From NCBI GenBank assembly GCA_021613535.1, contig CP075497.1:3782001-3846000 (forward strand): DNA of 64,000 nt, given 5' to 3'. The position numbers and the translations under genes are program-made. The notes beneath the pieces were generated by a model. That model did no database searches. It had not been told where the DNA came from and saw only the letters and a program-made list of their open reading frames with translations. The stretch comes from Adineta vaga. Lineage: Eukaryota > Animalia > Rotifera. Shown one piece after another: positions 41,501-62,404 of the stretch; position 1 is the stretch's first letter, and the number at the start of each line of letters is the position of its first letter.

Positions 41501-42519
41501 TGATTATGAATGATAGTCGTATGAAGATTTATTAATGACATATAAAATCTAAGTCGTTTTTTTTTAGTGATTATAGTGGTGCTGAAAATCCGAATTCATT
41601 TTATGGAGAATTTTCCGTTTGTTCAGAAGCTCCAACAAATCCCAACCAATATGAAAAAATCGGTAAGACTTATTTCCTTTCTTAAAATTCAATAATCTAT
41701 GAAAACAAATTTCTTGTAGGTTCATCAATTCATCATACATCAAAATTTGTATGTTAACTTTCTTCAACAATTTCTGTTTGTATGATTATTTATATCTAGA
41801 ATGATCATCTTGAAGACTATCATTTGTCAAGTGCGTATTCCGATGGCGGAATCGTTGGTGATGTACAAGCGGATATGACAGAATATGATACTGAAGATAT
41901 ACAAATGAAGAAAAAAACTTCACATCCAAAAGATAGTTCAAAATCTGGAACAAAGTAAGACTTGAAAATAAAAACACATCTATCGTAATGATTTCGTTTA
42001 GATTTATTAAAAACAAAAGTACACGACCGAAATCTGGTTATCCTCAAGGTAAAAAAACATGCAATACTATGTAAGTCTATATAGATTCCATATAATCATC
42101 GTGTTATTCCTTCCTATCTTTTCAGATTTGATTCTGAATCTATTGCGACTATAACGGATCTACCATTACCATGTCATAAATCCGATGTTGAAGCATTTCT
42201 TGATGATTTGTTCGATCGTGCACTTGATCCAAAAAATCTTGCAAAGAAGAAAAATAAAGCAGCACTATTATCAACACTTGATCAACGTCGTTTACAAATG
42301 ATATCAAATACTCGAATGGATCAATCAACGCGTCGTCATGGTCTTGCAAATTTTCTTCATAAGACTCATTCACATAAGAAATCGTCGATTCGACCTGTTC
42401 CACGTGCTACTAGTGTACAAGATCAAATTGGTACTAAGAAAAAGAACAAAAATGATAAAGATTTATCTGAAAGAAAGAAACGTACAAAAGCAAAGAAAAA
42501 ACGCCATGATCATTCGAAT

Positions 42520-42554
<35 letters not shown>

Positions 42555-45500
42555 TAATGATACATTAATGACAGATCAAAGTTTTATGTCATTTACAAGT
42601 GAACATTCATTAATTTTACCTCAAATTGGTTATTCAAGTCGAGCAGATATGAGTGATACAAGTGAATATACTAGATACGTTCGTGGACCAAAACATCAAG
42701 TTTTCTATCGACAACCAAGTGGAATTCGTCGACGTGGTCAAAAAATAGCAGCATATGATTCTGATGAACAAGACTATTTATCTGTAGAAAAGACTTCTAA
42801 TTTTCTTAATTCTTGTTGTCCTCAATCAGTTGCATTTTAAAACAAATCTTATTCTCTATATCTTACTTGTATATATAGCTGACTTTTTATTGTAGATGAA
42901 TACTTTGATGATTGACTAATTCTTTCACACTGGAGTCGACAGGTATTGAACATAATTTTCTTCAATCACAGGATAAAAAGAATATCAAACTTATTCCAAT
43001 TAATCCTGATGTTTGTTTTGCAACAACAACATCAACATCAACAGTAAAGAATTCCAAACAATCAACAACTTCATCATCACCTTCGAAATCCAATGGACCT
43101 GTTTTTGTACCGGTTATTGATATTAGCGGAAAGAAATATCTACCCGTTTATTTAAAACCATCCAACGAAAATACTAATTCAGTAAGATTTATTTTTCTCG
43201 TATATAGAGATCAATTCAATGAAGTTTCTTTTTAGACTGATTCAAATAATTCATTGAATAAAATGCCGAGTAAGTTTTTAAAAACAATCTATTGGATATT
43301 CTTTTTCATTATTAATATGTTTAGTACGTTCAAGTAATGTTATATCTCACTTAGTATCATCCAATCCAATTCTATCATCAAAGAAAACACCAACAATAGT
43401 AGAAGAGAATGAAATTGAACCACCATCAATTCCACCCTCACCTATATTATCAAAACCTAATATTTGTGTTGAACGTCTCTCAATGTCACAAATCGATGCT
43501 CTAGCTTCACGTGATAATCAATCACCACAACAGTTACCTAAAGAGAATTCAATATCAAATAATAAGTAAATTCTAAAATATTTCGTGACTATTTGATTTG
43601 ATTTTCTTCTTTATGTAGTAAACATGCTATTAGAGTTCCTTCACATATATTAACTCGACGTTCTCCAGAAGTACACAAAAATTTACGAGCAAAAACAGTA
43701 CGAATTGGAAAAATTCGTTGGCCACCACCACTCAATTCCGAAGAAACAGATAATGCTAAACAACAAAGGTATGATTGACAGACAATCGAGAATACTTTGC
43801 TCAATACATATTCTTTCAATTAAATTTAGACGAATGCTTGTTCAACGTCGTATTCAAGAGGAAATTCATGGGAATAAATCAACACAGAATGAAATACATT
43901 CTACTAATAATTTTAATAACATCAATCATGATCATCCTCCAACACTTCAAGATCATAATCAACATTTTCAAAGTGCTCAACATATAAAATGCACTAATAT
44001 AGAACAGAAAACGCCAACTGATCGACGTGTACATCCAGATGAAAGAACTCTTTCACCATCAACAAATGATATCCATAAAAAATCACCTGTTAGAAATACA
44101 CCTGTCGATATTATATCTCCTTTATCGAATGTTGTTAGTGATAATGACGATGAACATGATGATGATAATGATATGTCAACCAATGAAATTGTTGCAAGAA
44201 ATCAATCATCAAAATTAGATTTTCATAAAACAATGACACCAATGTTTGTAGAAAAGAACGTTCCAAAGAATATTACACATGAATGTTCTGTATATTGTAG
44301 GATTGGAAAAGAAAATTTTGAACTTCGAAAGAAATTATTCGAACATCCAGATGAATCGTCGTTTGCTGGTAAAAATAATCTCTTTATATTAATACATTTT
44401 GAGAACTAGTATTGTTTATCATCTTTATTTTTCTTTATTAGATACTCTTCCAATTCCAAATGATATTCTAAATACAAGTAAAAATTCATCAAGACAATCA
44501 TCGCATTTTTTAACGTATCATAATGTACTATGGAAATTAAAAATTCGTAAAGAGGTTCGAGAAAAGTTTTCAGTTTTTCATTGATCATATGTAATAATAT
44601 CTTATTGAAGGTTTTCTCCCCGGCTGAAACATTTGATCAACCAATTCTAATTGATTTATTATATTTTCAAATCTTACGTGATACATTCTCATCCGTTTGT
44701 ATTCGTATCAGTGAAGCCGAACGAACCAATATGAAAAAATTTCTATGTTAGTTTTTCTAAATATTGAAATTGAAATGAAATCTTCTCCTTTATTTAGCTT
44801 CACACGGTGTCGTTGTGATTGGTGATATTGGTTTGATTAATAAATTATCTGCGAAAAAATCTGTTATTGAACAAGCACGACAATGGCCAACCTATTTCTG
44901 TCGATTTTTTCCTGTTTCTGTATGTTAATTAATATTCTTTGACTTCTCTCATCTTTTGACTTTCCTCTAAGATTCCGAAATATCATTCTGGTGAAGTACA
45001 AATGTTGGGTATTTCACATTCAGGTATTCGATTAATTAAACGAAATCGAACAAAAACTGCAAGTGATTCATTACATGTTCTTGATACATTTTCATTTGAT
45101 ACTATTCAACAAATCTCTCCAATTCGAAATGGTACAACACTTGATTTACGTCTGACGAAGAAACGTATTACCATTCATTCACATCGAGTATTTCTATTCA
45201 AATTTCAATTCTTCAAATGCTTCTTTCATTTTTTTTCTAGATGCAAAAGATTAAACAATTAATTGATAAATTTCTGAAAGAATCACAAATTGATCATGGT
45301 AAATATTCTCGAACATCTAATCATGTGAGTAGAATTCTAAAATGATGATTTTAAAGATTATTTGATTATCTTTCAAAGAAATATCGTCATGAAAAATTAT
45401 CACCAAATTTAATCTCAACTACAAGTGATCTTTTGAAATCTTCAAGTCAAGCAAGTTTATTAAGTTGTAGTCAAACATTTAGTGAATTAATTCCATCTGC

Positions 45501-48098
45501 TTCGTTGGATACTCATACACCCAAACCAACAAAGAATGATCTCGTTTTTCCAACAATATCAGCATTACCAAGTGGACATTCGATGATGGAATTTGCTTTA
45601 CAAAATTTTAAACTTCCAGATAAAAGGTAAAGGAACAGTTTCATGTGTGAATTAGTCGATACGAATTTTAAAATGTTTATTTCCGTTTTTAAATAGACGA
45701 TCAAAGAAAAGTTGGAAAAACTCAGGTAGAATTGTCTTTTTAGTTAATGTGAGTTCATTCTTTCTTTTCCTCTTGATTAGAATGGACATGGCAAGATTAT
45801 AGTGAATTACTCAAATGGTCAAAAGTAAGTTGATTAATTTGCATACATAACTATCTATTCTAATCTTCTCTTGTAGAATCCAATTCATTCACCCTTACTT
45901 CGTCATTCATCGAATGATTCGATTCGTATTGCACGACAATGTTTTCTCGGTAAAATCATGTATATTCCTAATTTCTTCACTAACTAGCCTGTATCTTCTT
46001 GTAGCAATCATGCGATTCATGGGTGATCATGCAATGTCACGTGGTCAAACGGATATCGATTGTTTACTATACATACTCAAAGTATATCTTTCAACGGTTT
46101 TGTTTTCTTCGAAATAAAGCAAGTATATTTGTCCTTGTAGAGTATGCATAAACATCGAACGTTAATTGATGAAATTCTTTGTCAACTTATTAAACAATTA
46201 ACAGAAAATAAAAGTACAAAAACAGATAGTGTACAATGTGGATGGAAATTACTTGTAATTATACTTAATTATTTCATTCCAAGTCAACATTTACGACCAT
46301 TTTTTGTTAAATATCTCAATGATAATATTAATCAAAATGAAAGATTAGGTAATATTATTCGAATGATATTTTGAAATTTAATGTGTTTGTTCGTCTTTGA
46401 ATAGTACAATTATGTTTAAGTCATTATGAACAAACATTGAAATATGGCGGACGAAAAAATACACCTAGTAAAGCGGAAATTGATCTTCTAACAGCGGTAT
46501 ATAACATTTCAAATGAATATTGAAGAAGTAATTTAATATTTTTAGAATGGTCGAAATGGAGGAAAACGTCAAACATTTTTACTACCAGGTGGAAATCCAT
46601 TGACACTTTTGACAACACCATCCATGGTAATGGACTTTTGAAGAAGCACGTTTTTTTCTTCTAACTAAACATTCAATTTCATATGAACAAGTATTTCTGA
46701 AAATGTGTTTTGTTTTCTGTTTAGGTTATTGTTGATTGTCTAAATCTTCTATGTGAACGATTTAATATCACTAATAGTTTCGAACAAGATGAATATTCAA
46801 TCTTTATCATCAGCGCTTCGGGTATAGTTTGTTTTAATGAAAAAATGATAGATTTTCTTTTTCTAACTTTTATTCGATCATATATAGAACAATCTTCACG
46901 TTTGCTCAATCCAACTGAATATCTATTCGATATTCTAAGTGAATGTGTCCGATCAAATATGGTGGATTATCATTTGATTATGAAACGTATGCTTTGGTTT
47001 ACAATTCCGATGATATTTGATGAAAATAACAACTCGGAATTATTCATCGATTTTATGTATCATCAACTTGTACCTGAATTTCTTGAAGGTACAATGATAA
47101 TTGTTAAAAATAATCATTTCTCCGATGAATTAATGGTATGCAATAAAAAGACTTCTTTTTTTTCGTATAAAATTAATCGAACTATTTTGTTATCAATATA
47201 ATTTTAGCAATCTATCTCACTAATGGCTGCTCTTCAATATCGTGCTGCAAATAAAATTGGTTTACCTTCAATGTACGTTTATATGGAATATCTTTGATAC
47301 GAAATAATATTTTGATATTTTCAGGCGAGAAGTGAAACATCTTCTTCCAGCTACTGTATTGAAATTAAAAAGTGTTCGTCCTCAAATCTGGACAACAACT
47401 GTTCATGAAAAACTTTATTCATCTATTGAAACGATGACAATAATTGAGGCTAAAATGAACTTTTTAAGTAACTATTCTTTTCTTTCATTATCTCTCGAAT
47501 ATTGATAATATTTTTCAAAGACATTATTCAATCATGGCCTTTATTTGGTATGACATTTTTTGCTGTACAGGTTTGTAATCATATTATTTTCATTTCGATA
47601 TTATTCCTAGTTGTTTTCTTTGCGTTTTATAGTCAGTCGATGATCCATCAATTTGTTCACCTTGTTTAATTGGTATTTATAAAAATGGAATTTTATTTCT
47701 TGATGTTGATACACGAGTAAATCCTTTCTAATTTTCTCAAAAGAAAATCAATTGTCTTGTTTTTGAATTTAATCATAGGAAACTCTCTTTACAATACCCT
47801 TCAGTGATGTTGTTTCTATTCGTCGTCATCAAAATGCAATTGATATTAAATATGGTAGTTTAAATCAACCTCATATTCTTCAATGTCAAGTAGAACGAGT
47901 AAGTTTTCAATGGAAATTGAATAGAATATATATGTATTTATTTAGGCTCAAGATCTCGTTGCATTAGCTGGACGTTATTTAAGTTTTATTGGTCGAAGTT
48001 TGAATACAGCTATGGAAAGGAAGAGTGGTGATAATCAACAATATTATCATCGTTCACCTACATCTCCATATAACGATCCAATTAGTACAATATTGTAA
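35576..48098 (+). CDS. Unconventional myosin class XV (motor, 2 IQ, MyTH4, FERM-like, MyTH4-FERM), with more than 40 exons
   Basis: [21 protein letters not shown]; P-loop GESGGGKT; NDNSSRFGK; DIFGFE; [17 protein letters not shown]; [13 protein letters not shown]; [14 protein letters not shown]; MRFMGD; WPLFG; ends PISTIL*. These motifs resemble invertebrate Myo15 (Drosophila Myo10A/sisyphus) as I recall it. Confidence 0.9.
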
Positions 48099-48403
48099 CA
48101 TACATTTGTTTTAGTTTTTCGATATCATATAAAATACACCTAGACAAAAAATTGTCTGACAATCATTAAACAAAAATAGGAATTTCAACACATTTAAATG
48201 TTATTTTTGTTCTTTATTAGAAATTAGTTCATCTATAAATCTTCCTATTCGCTCTTTTTTGATACAATTAAACATAAACAGCAAAATCAGACACTCTCTA
48301 TTTGATCATAATCAAATAGATTCAATTAAGATAAAACAAAAATGAACACGCACAATCATACAAAGAGATTGCTAAAAGAAGAATTGAGAGATAAGATTTT
48401 TCA

Positions 48404-50587
48404 TCATCGTCGTTTGCTGCCTACACGAAGAAGTGATAAGAAAGTTTTGAACGACTTCTTTTTAACAGTTGCAGACGATGTTGTCGACGATGGACAACAT
48501 ATTTCATTTGTAATTTCAGTTGTTGGTTCAATCATTGGTTGTGATATTTGAACGGGTAAAGTTTCGAATGCCGAGTTATGTGACATCGACACGGTATTAT
48601 TTGCATGATAGACGTGTGGTAAGCTTTCACAAAATCTATCCGTTACTTGTAAAACAGTTGAATTCTCTTTTTCATCATAAGGATGACTAGATCGACAGGA
48701 TAGATTATGATTGAGTGTCCAATGAACTTCACGACAATATTGACTACAGTACGATAATTTTTGACAATGAGGACAATGTTGAAATTTGACTTGCTAATTA
48801 AAAAAGAAACAGAAAATAATTTTTAAATTATATCCAAAAGGTCTTTTACATCATTTTCAGTTATTTGACATAATGAATTTGAACATTTACGATAGAATCG
48901 ATTTTCATCGTAATCTTCATCATCATCATCATCATCATCTTGATATTGCTCGTAGAGATGTTGTTTCATATGTTCTTCTAATTGTTGATGATCATGATAA
49001 TGATGATGATGATGATGATGATTTCGTCGTTTTTTGCGTTGGTATCGATCAAACATAATCGTAGCGACTTGACTAAGTGCATTCGATATCGATGGATCAC
49101 GAGATATGAATTCACTTCGAGAACCATATTTATATTTCATTGCACTTAATAATTCTCGAAAATGTTCATTTTCACGATAGAATGTACCGATTTCATTTCG
49201 ACATCGAACAACACTTAGAAATGTTAAGATTGCATAACTAAGCGAATGAATAATCGAATGTTCTTCAGCATAGATTAGATGATTTAATTCGGTTCGTTTT
49301 TGATAATGACGACGAGTTTTTTGTTCATCATCTAATACAGATTTATGTAATAATGTACAACAATAATTTACAAGACGAATTTGTGCTTCTAGAAAAAACA
49401 AAGAATTCTTATCGGATTTTTACTTGATTTAAAAAAGAACATACTTTCTGACCACATATCAACATGTTCAACACATTGTAACATAATATGAAGACATTGA
49501 AGAGCTAATGATTCGAATTTAATAAAATAAACCACAGAATCCAGATACTTGTATTCACTATGATCAAAAAGATCAATAATAATATCGATAAGTTGCATAT
49601 CAATCAAATATTGATATGATTTAATAAGATTTTTATCAACAATAACTTTACATAAACGTAAGAGAACAGATAATGATGGAATCTTTTCTTCAATTAAATG
49701 ACCATCACGAATACCTTGAATTAATTGAATAAGAAATTCCGAATAACGATCAAGAATTAAACGAGCAACTTCAGGTATTGTCGAAATATTACTTAATAAA
49801 TCTAAACATTTCTGTTTAACACATCGAATACGTGGATCCTTGAACGAGAGAAGGAAAAAGGTTCTATTGAATATAAATGAACAAAACTTACTTTATACAT
49901 CAGAAAAACAGTATCAATTGCACCGGATTTTACAATATCATTGACAACAAGTTGAAAGATAAGAAAAAAATCAATTGGTTTATTAGTATTAGTCGCTAAA
50001 GAGATAATCAAAATTGAAATAAATATAAATCAATTCGAATATTTACGAAATTTATTGAAACCAGCTTCACTAAATCGTTGTGCTGGTTGACCTAGTTGTA
50101 AATCTCGAAATGTATAATTCGATTGTTCTGCTCGTGCTAAACCAAAAAGTAACTGTGATAAATTGAATAATGCTTCAAGTTGTCGAGTAGCTATTGAAAT
50201 AATCTATAGTAATTAAATAAATCTTTTTATATACAATATTTACCAATTTCAGTAAGTGGAAGAGTCGAAGGATCATCTGCTTTTATGTTCCAAGGTGATA
50301 TCGCTTTTGTTAGTTTAATATTCTATTATAAATTAGGACTTTGATAGAACAAATGAAATGAAAAACAAAAAGCTATCTACTCGAATTGTCAATGTATCGA
50401 GAAGTAAAGAACTGTTGAATGTATTTAGATCAGGATATGAATACCATCCATCAGCAAATTGAATAATATCCATACATTCAATATCATTTGTTGTCGCTGT
50501 TTGATTACTATTATAATCATCATCAGGAAGTGTCGCATTTTGATCTAAGCTTGTAAGAACAGACCGATTCGCTGCTATACATCGCAT
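48404..50587 (-). CDS. Helical-repeat protein with a C-terminal MYND-type zinc finger
   Basis: CSNSLC...(intron)...HCPHCQKLSYCSQYCREVHWTLNHNLSC; poly-His and poly-Asp tract just before the finger; the start codon is uncertain. Confidence 0.75.
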
Positions 50588-53253
50588 TCCTAGATATATA
50601 TATATATATACAAAATCTAAACTAAGAGAGATTTGAATTAATTTGACAGACGAATCGATTTCTTTTCCACATGTCGGACTGATTTCTTTATCTATCTATT
50701 TGAATCGTCGAATATCGATTCATTCATTCTTTTTCGTTTGATACAGAACTGTTGGTAAAACAAAATCCAGTGAAAAATTGTTCCATGGAATACGTAGAGG
50801 TCATTAGAAGATGTTTAATCCTAATCACTATTGATAGATTTCATTCCAGACAACACTAATGAAAGATGATTATTCTCTACATTTATTTAGTCATTCTTCA
50901 ATAAACAATATAATTCCGGATGCATTCCATTCAATATAGTATTAAACAGGCTTAAAGTATTGTTTTTTTTGTTTTATTTAGCCTTAGCTCCCGGGTTGCT
51001 ATTACCGACAAAAGGAAAATGATCGATGCATATTTCCTTCGTTTTTTTTCTCGGTCTCGTTAATTGTCGACACGTAAGTCGACTACAATCAACATTGATG
51101 ATTTGTTCAACAATAGAACAGATGAATAATATACACACAAAAGAAGAAAAAAAAATGAAACAACTGCACGACAAATGTTTCTCTTTATATTAATTTTTTC
51201 TTTAGTAAATTGAGTTGAGTAATACCATTTTGAAAGATTATTGTATGGCTATTGGGCATATGTCTGTTATTAGAGTATCAAATACAAGGATCGACTTCCT
51301 GAAACAAAATTTGCTTTTATTTGCATGAGAAAGGACAGAGAGAGAGAGAGAGAAAAGAAACGAATAGCGTCAATAGTAAGCCAATCACTTTTAGCATGCT
51401 TGATTCAAATTATTCAAGTACAATCATATATCATTTAGAGTAGAAATAATGTTTTACATATTGGTAAAAGGAAGGAAGATGAGGAAGTGAGATAGAAAGC
51501 TGCACATCAGTCAACCTAGCTGCTATTCGTTGTTGAAATGAGAAAAAAAAACTTTTCATTTTATTGTATCAGTGTAAGATATTATAATCTACTGATTGTT
51601 TTTGGTTCTATCTATATTTTTTCTAGATCTATATAAACGTTGTGTCACAAGAGACATATAGATTTTTGTAAGCTCAATTTTCCTCTTTGCTTTTTTACAT
51701 CTTCATGCCACTTTTGTTACTTCTATTCAGATACAATCTCTGTCGTTCTCGTATTCTCGCTGTTCTTTCAATGCTTTCGTCACATAATTGCCATCACTAC
51801 TAGAGCTATAGAGAAAGACTGACTGATCCTATTGCGTTTTTCTGTTACATGCGCTTGCACGTTCACATAGATCTCTTGTGATTGTAATGCTTCTGTAACG
51901 AACATTGTGGGTAGATAGAAATGACGATAGGAAGATAGTTCCTACTGCGTGTTATGGATGTGCGTGTAATGGCTGTTCATCAACAGTTTTTCCTTCCTGG
52001 CCTTCGTTTTCTCCTTCTTCTACTTCTTCTTCTTCTCCTTTTAAGTGAATAACACGTTCCGGATAACAGAAGGCGAAAAGAAGTACCGAGTAAAATTAAC
52101 ACTCTTCGTTATTCATTCGTTTCTCTCGCCTTTTAATAAAACGTTCACTACTACCGTTCAATATAGTAGAGACGTTTATTAATAATTTGTATGCAACGAC
52201 AAACCTCCAAGTCGTTATTGCTATCTTAATCTTTTCAGACAGTTTCTTCTTCTTCTTCTTCTTCTTGAGGAGGTATATATAACATAGTCAACAGCCACAA
52301 TAAGACAAGAGATCATTTCGAATATTCATCAGTAAATCTGTTTGATAAGATGAAGAAAACTATAGTGGTAACTTAGAGTTTTACTTTAGTTGTTTTCAAC
52401 ACACATATATAAATATAAATATTTATATATTTATACTGTGAGAAGGTAATGAATGCTAGCACGCAAATATCATGATTCATAGACATCGTCAGAATTAATG
52501 TTATTTGATGTGTATCAAATATTGTTGTTACTCTTTAGCTACGAGCCATGATGAATCTATTCTATTAACCTCACATTTTTCTTTTATAGTAAACGTTACG
52601 TGTATAAACTGCATATTGCGTTGTATTAAGATGATTCGTTTCCTGTCATCCGATGTATAAAGATTCCATTTCAACTTCTCCCTCGTGTACTTGCATACAT
52701 CATTCTATGAAATATAGTGTCCCAAAGGATTAGACGAAAGAGAAAGATGGAAAAAAGACGAAGAAAGAATTGTGAAGGAGAGAGAGAGAGAAACAGAAAC
52801 AGGGAAAAGTCAATTGACAAAAGAGACGAAAACTCTCTAGCATACATAAAATTTCTTGTTTGTAAAGGAGCTAATAGAAAGTGAATGAAGCAAAAAAGAC
52901 GATGCAATTCTCATCTTTTTTAACTGTCAAATCACAATGACAGTATATGGTATTCGATTTGAGAAGACGAAGAAGAATTATATATATATATATGTATGTA
53001 TGTATTTCATTTATGTGTAACACTTTCCAAAACATGAGTTCTAGGAATAGAATGTCAGTGAAATATAAGTCGAACTTTATCTCTTTCTTTTGACATATAT
53101 TTATATACATGTATATTAATTGTATGATCGCATTGGAACGTGTATAATTCAGTTTGTCGATTATCTTTCTCTTGTCTGATGTATCTTACTCATCATCAAT
53201 CAGTCGAGAGTTTTTGTTTTTTTCCTTCTAGAGAAATCATATAGAAATATAGA

Positions 53254-60072
<6,819 letters not shown>

Positions 60073-60688
60073 AACAAAATAGAGAAATTTTCTTAGCACT
60101 ATGGTGCTTTCTATGTTAGCTTTCTTTTTTTCCATCGTACCTACCGATAAATACATGTAATTATATCTAGTATCTACAGTTTCGAATATCATCAATCTCT
60201 TTTCCATTAGACATGCACTTATTTTTGTTAAAATAAAATCAAAAAATATTGAGTAATAATCCTTAAAAGATATAAACGAAGTTTTATTAGCAATGATTTC
60301 ATTCAGAAATTAAATGTGATCTTTATTTGATACAAATACTTAAAACTATATGTTTATAATATGTACGTGTGAAAATAGAAAAAATGTTCACACCCACATT
60401 CTTGTCAGAATGGTATTTGCTTTCGATGATTAATACATTTATTATGTATTCTGAAAATTGACAAAACTGAACTACTATCTACTGCCAAACATCCTTCCTG
60501 TTCACAGACAAAAGTTTTATAAAAACTATGTTATCACCCAACTATATATAGTCGTTCAATTAAATGAGAAAAGTTCCTATCAAATCAACTGAATTTTCAA
60601 AAGAGAAAATAATAAGATGTAAGTTAAACGAAAGTGAAACTAATTTAGACAAGAATTAAAATACTTATTCGTCATCGTCGAGCTCATC

Positions 60689-60776
60689 AGAATTTCATTA
60701 GAATTTCAATAAGATTGCATTAGGATTTCGTCAAGATTTCATTACGACTTCAATAGGATTTTACGAGGATTTCACT
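60689..60776. repeat. Degenerate 11-bp minisatellite, 8 units (consensus ARRATTTCAHT)
   Basis: agaatttcatt/agaatttcaat/aagattgcatt/aggatttcgtc/aagatttcatt/acgacttcaat/aggattttacg/aggatttcact. Confidence 0.85.
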
Positions 60777-61569
60777 ATCTCATGTAATCTTTTTTGCATT
60801 TTATATACAAAAGGTCTATTTACTTATATAGACCGATGTCCGCAAAACAAAAAGGTGAATGTAATCTGGACAAAATTCAGATTTCGTGTATTTTAATTAT
60901 TGCTGTTTTGCTGGAGAGTAAAGATGGTGATTACATGAAAACTCCTTGTATGATCTGTGAAATGTTGTTTAAGTAGAACTTTGCTAAACATATGTTTTGG
61001 TGGAACTGTAGCCGCCAAATTTTAGTGGATACTTGAGCAATCCAGAACTGTGAACAGATAGAGACTCACGACTAAGAAGTTTTTTTGGCTCATCAGAATA
61101 TCCATGGGGTAGCTCAGTTGTATATTCAGAAATTGTTCCTTGTGTGCAATAAACACTACACTCCAAGAAATATCAATATAGATGCATGTATTTGAACTTC
61201 TGATGGGCAGAGGTGATATATTATGCAGATGGTAGAAATACTTTTGGTTTGGAAGTTGATATGGTGAGTATGGAAATCTAGATGGATTTGAGTTAGGTGT
61301 CCTTAGCATTTGCGATATCCTATCTGATGGTAAAATAGTGTTGCCACATATGATATTAGTAGTATATTTAAATCAATAACTGATTAATGTTGAAACGAAT
61401 ATTTCCAGAAAAAAAAGATATATGAATATAGGACATCTTTCTTCGATAGGGAAGGAATCGAACTCGCTGTGAACGCAACAAATACTCGAAAGAATTTCCA
61501 AACGGCGACTAGAATGGAATCACATTTTGTTTGACTTTTTCCAACTTTACAATTATTGCACGAAAGGTA

Positions 61570-61623
61570 AGGATTGCACTGGAGGTTCATTAGAATTTCA
61601 CTAGATCTCATCAAGATTTAACT
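61570..61623. repeat. Second copy of the 11-bp minisatellite, about 5 units
   Basis: aggattgcact/ggaggttcatt/agaatttcact/agatctcatc/aagatttaact. Confidence 0.75.
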
Positions 61624-62404
61624 CAAATTCTGCTGAAGTATCAAAATTGGATGCAATGTATCACATAAGTCAAAACGATTACGCACGCTTACGAACATAT
61701 TTTCACTTCGTATTCAAAGAATATAGCCACTTATATAGATCAATGCACGCAAAACAACGAAGTGAATAGAATCTGAACCAAATGCAGATTTAAAGTTCTT
61801 CATAAACAATGTTGCTAGACTCTTTGATATATACTAGTATTGGTATTTTGATTCATATGGCGTTGAGGATGCTTTTTCGGAAATGGTGAAGCTACCCACT
61901 AATTGAAGCATATGTCAACTCAATGAACGACGACCACGGTCTCAATCGAAAATTCATCTGATTGATAGTTTTCTGGCTGTTGTACATGGCAAAAATAACA
62001 TTCAATGTGTTTATGGTATTTTTGTGTAAAGCTATTGATGTGTGTTATTATTTCATCATGGTACAACGATGAAGATGAAATTGCGAAAATATTCTTTCTC
62101 AGGAAAAGGAAGATATAACGATTATGCGATAGAGAATAAGAGGATTCAATAATTGTGCAACCAAACAAAAATTTTTAGTAAGAAAATTTGAAATTATCAA
62201 TTTTTATTTGGTTGATTTGTTAATAGAAAATTCAAAGAGTGTATTCGTGTAGGCTACAAAGCATAAAGAATTGTATTGACCTCAGAAGATTTTTGGAAAA
62301 TTTTCCTTATTTTACGAAATTTGAGAAGTGTTATAGGAAAAGATTCAAGTCTTGCAGAGACAAAATCCTGATTTCACTAGTATATTTGATAGTATATTTA
62401 TTTC

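Noticed and set aside
60689-60776. Regularly spaced repeats as a possible CRISPR array
   Set aside because: Contiguous 11-bp units with no spacers, a eukaryotic context and no cas genes.
60984-61614. Short minus-strand ORFs in the repeat region
   Set aside because: No transposase, RT or other motif recognised; likely decayed sequence.
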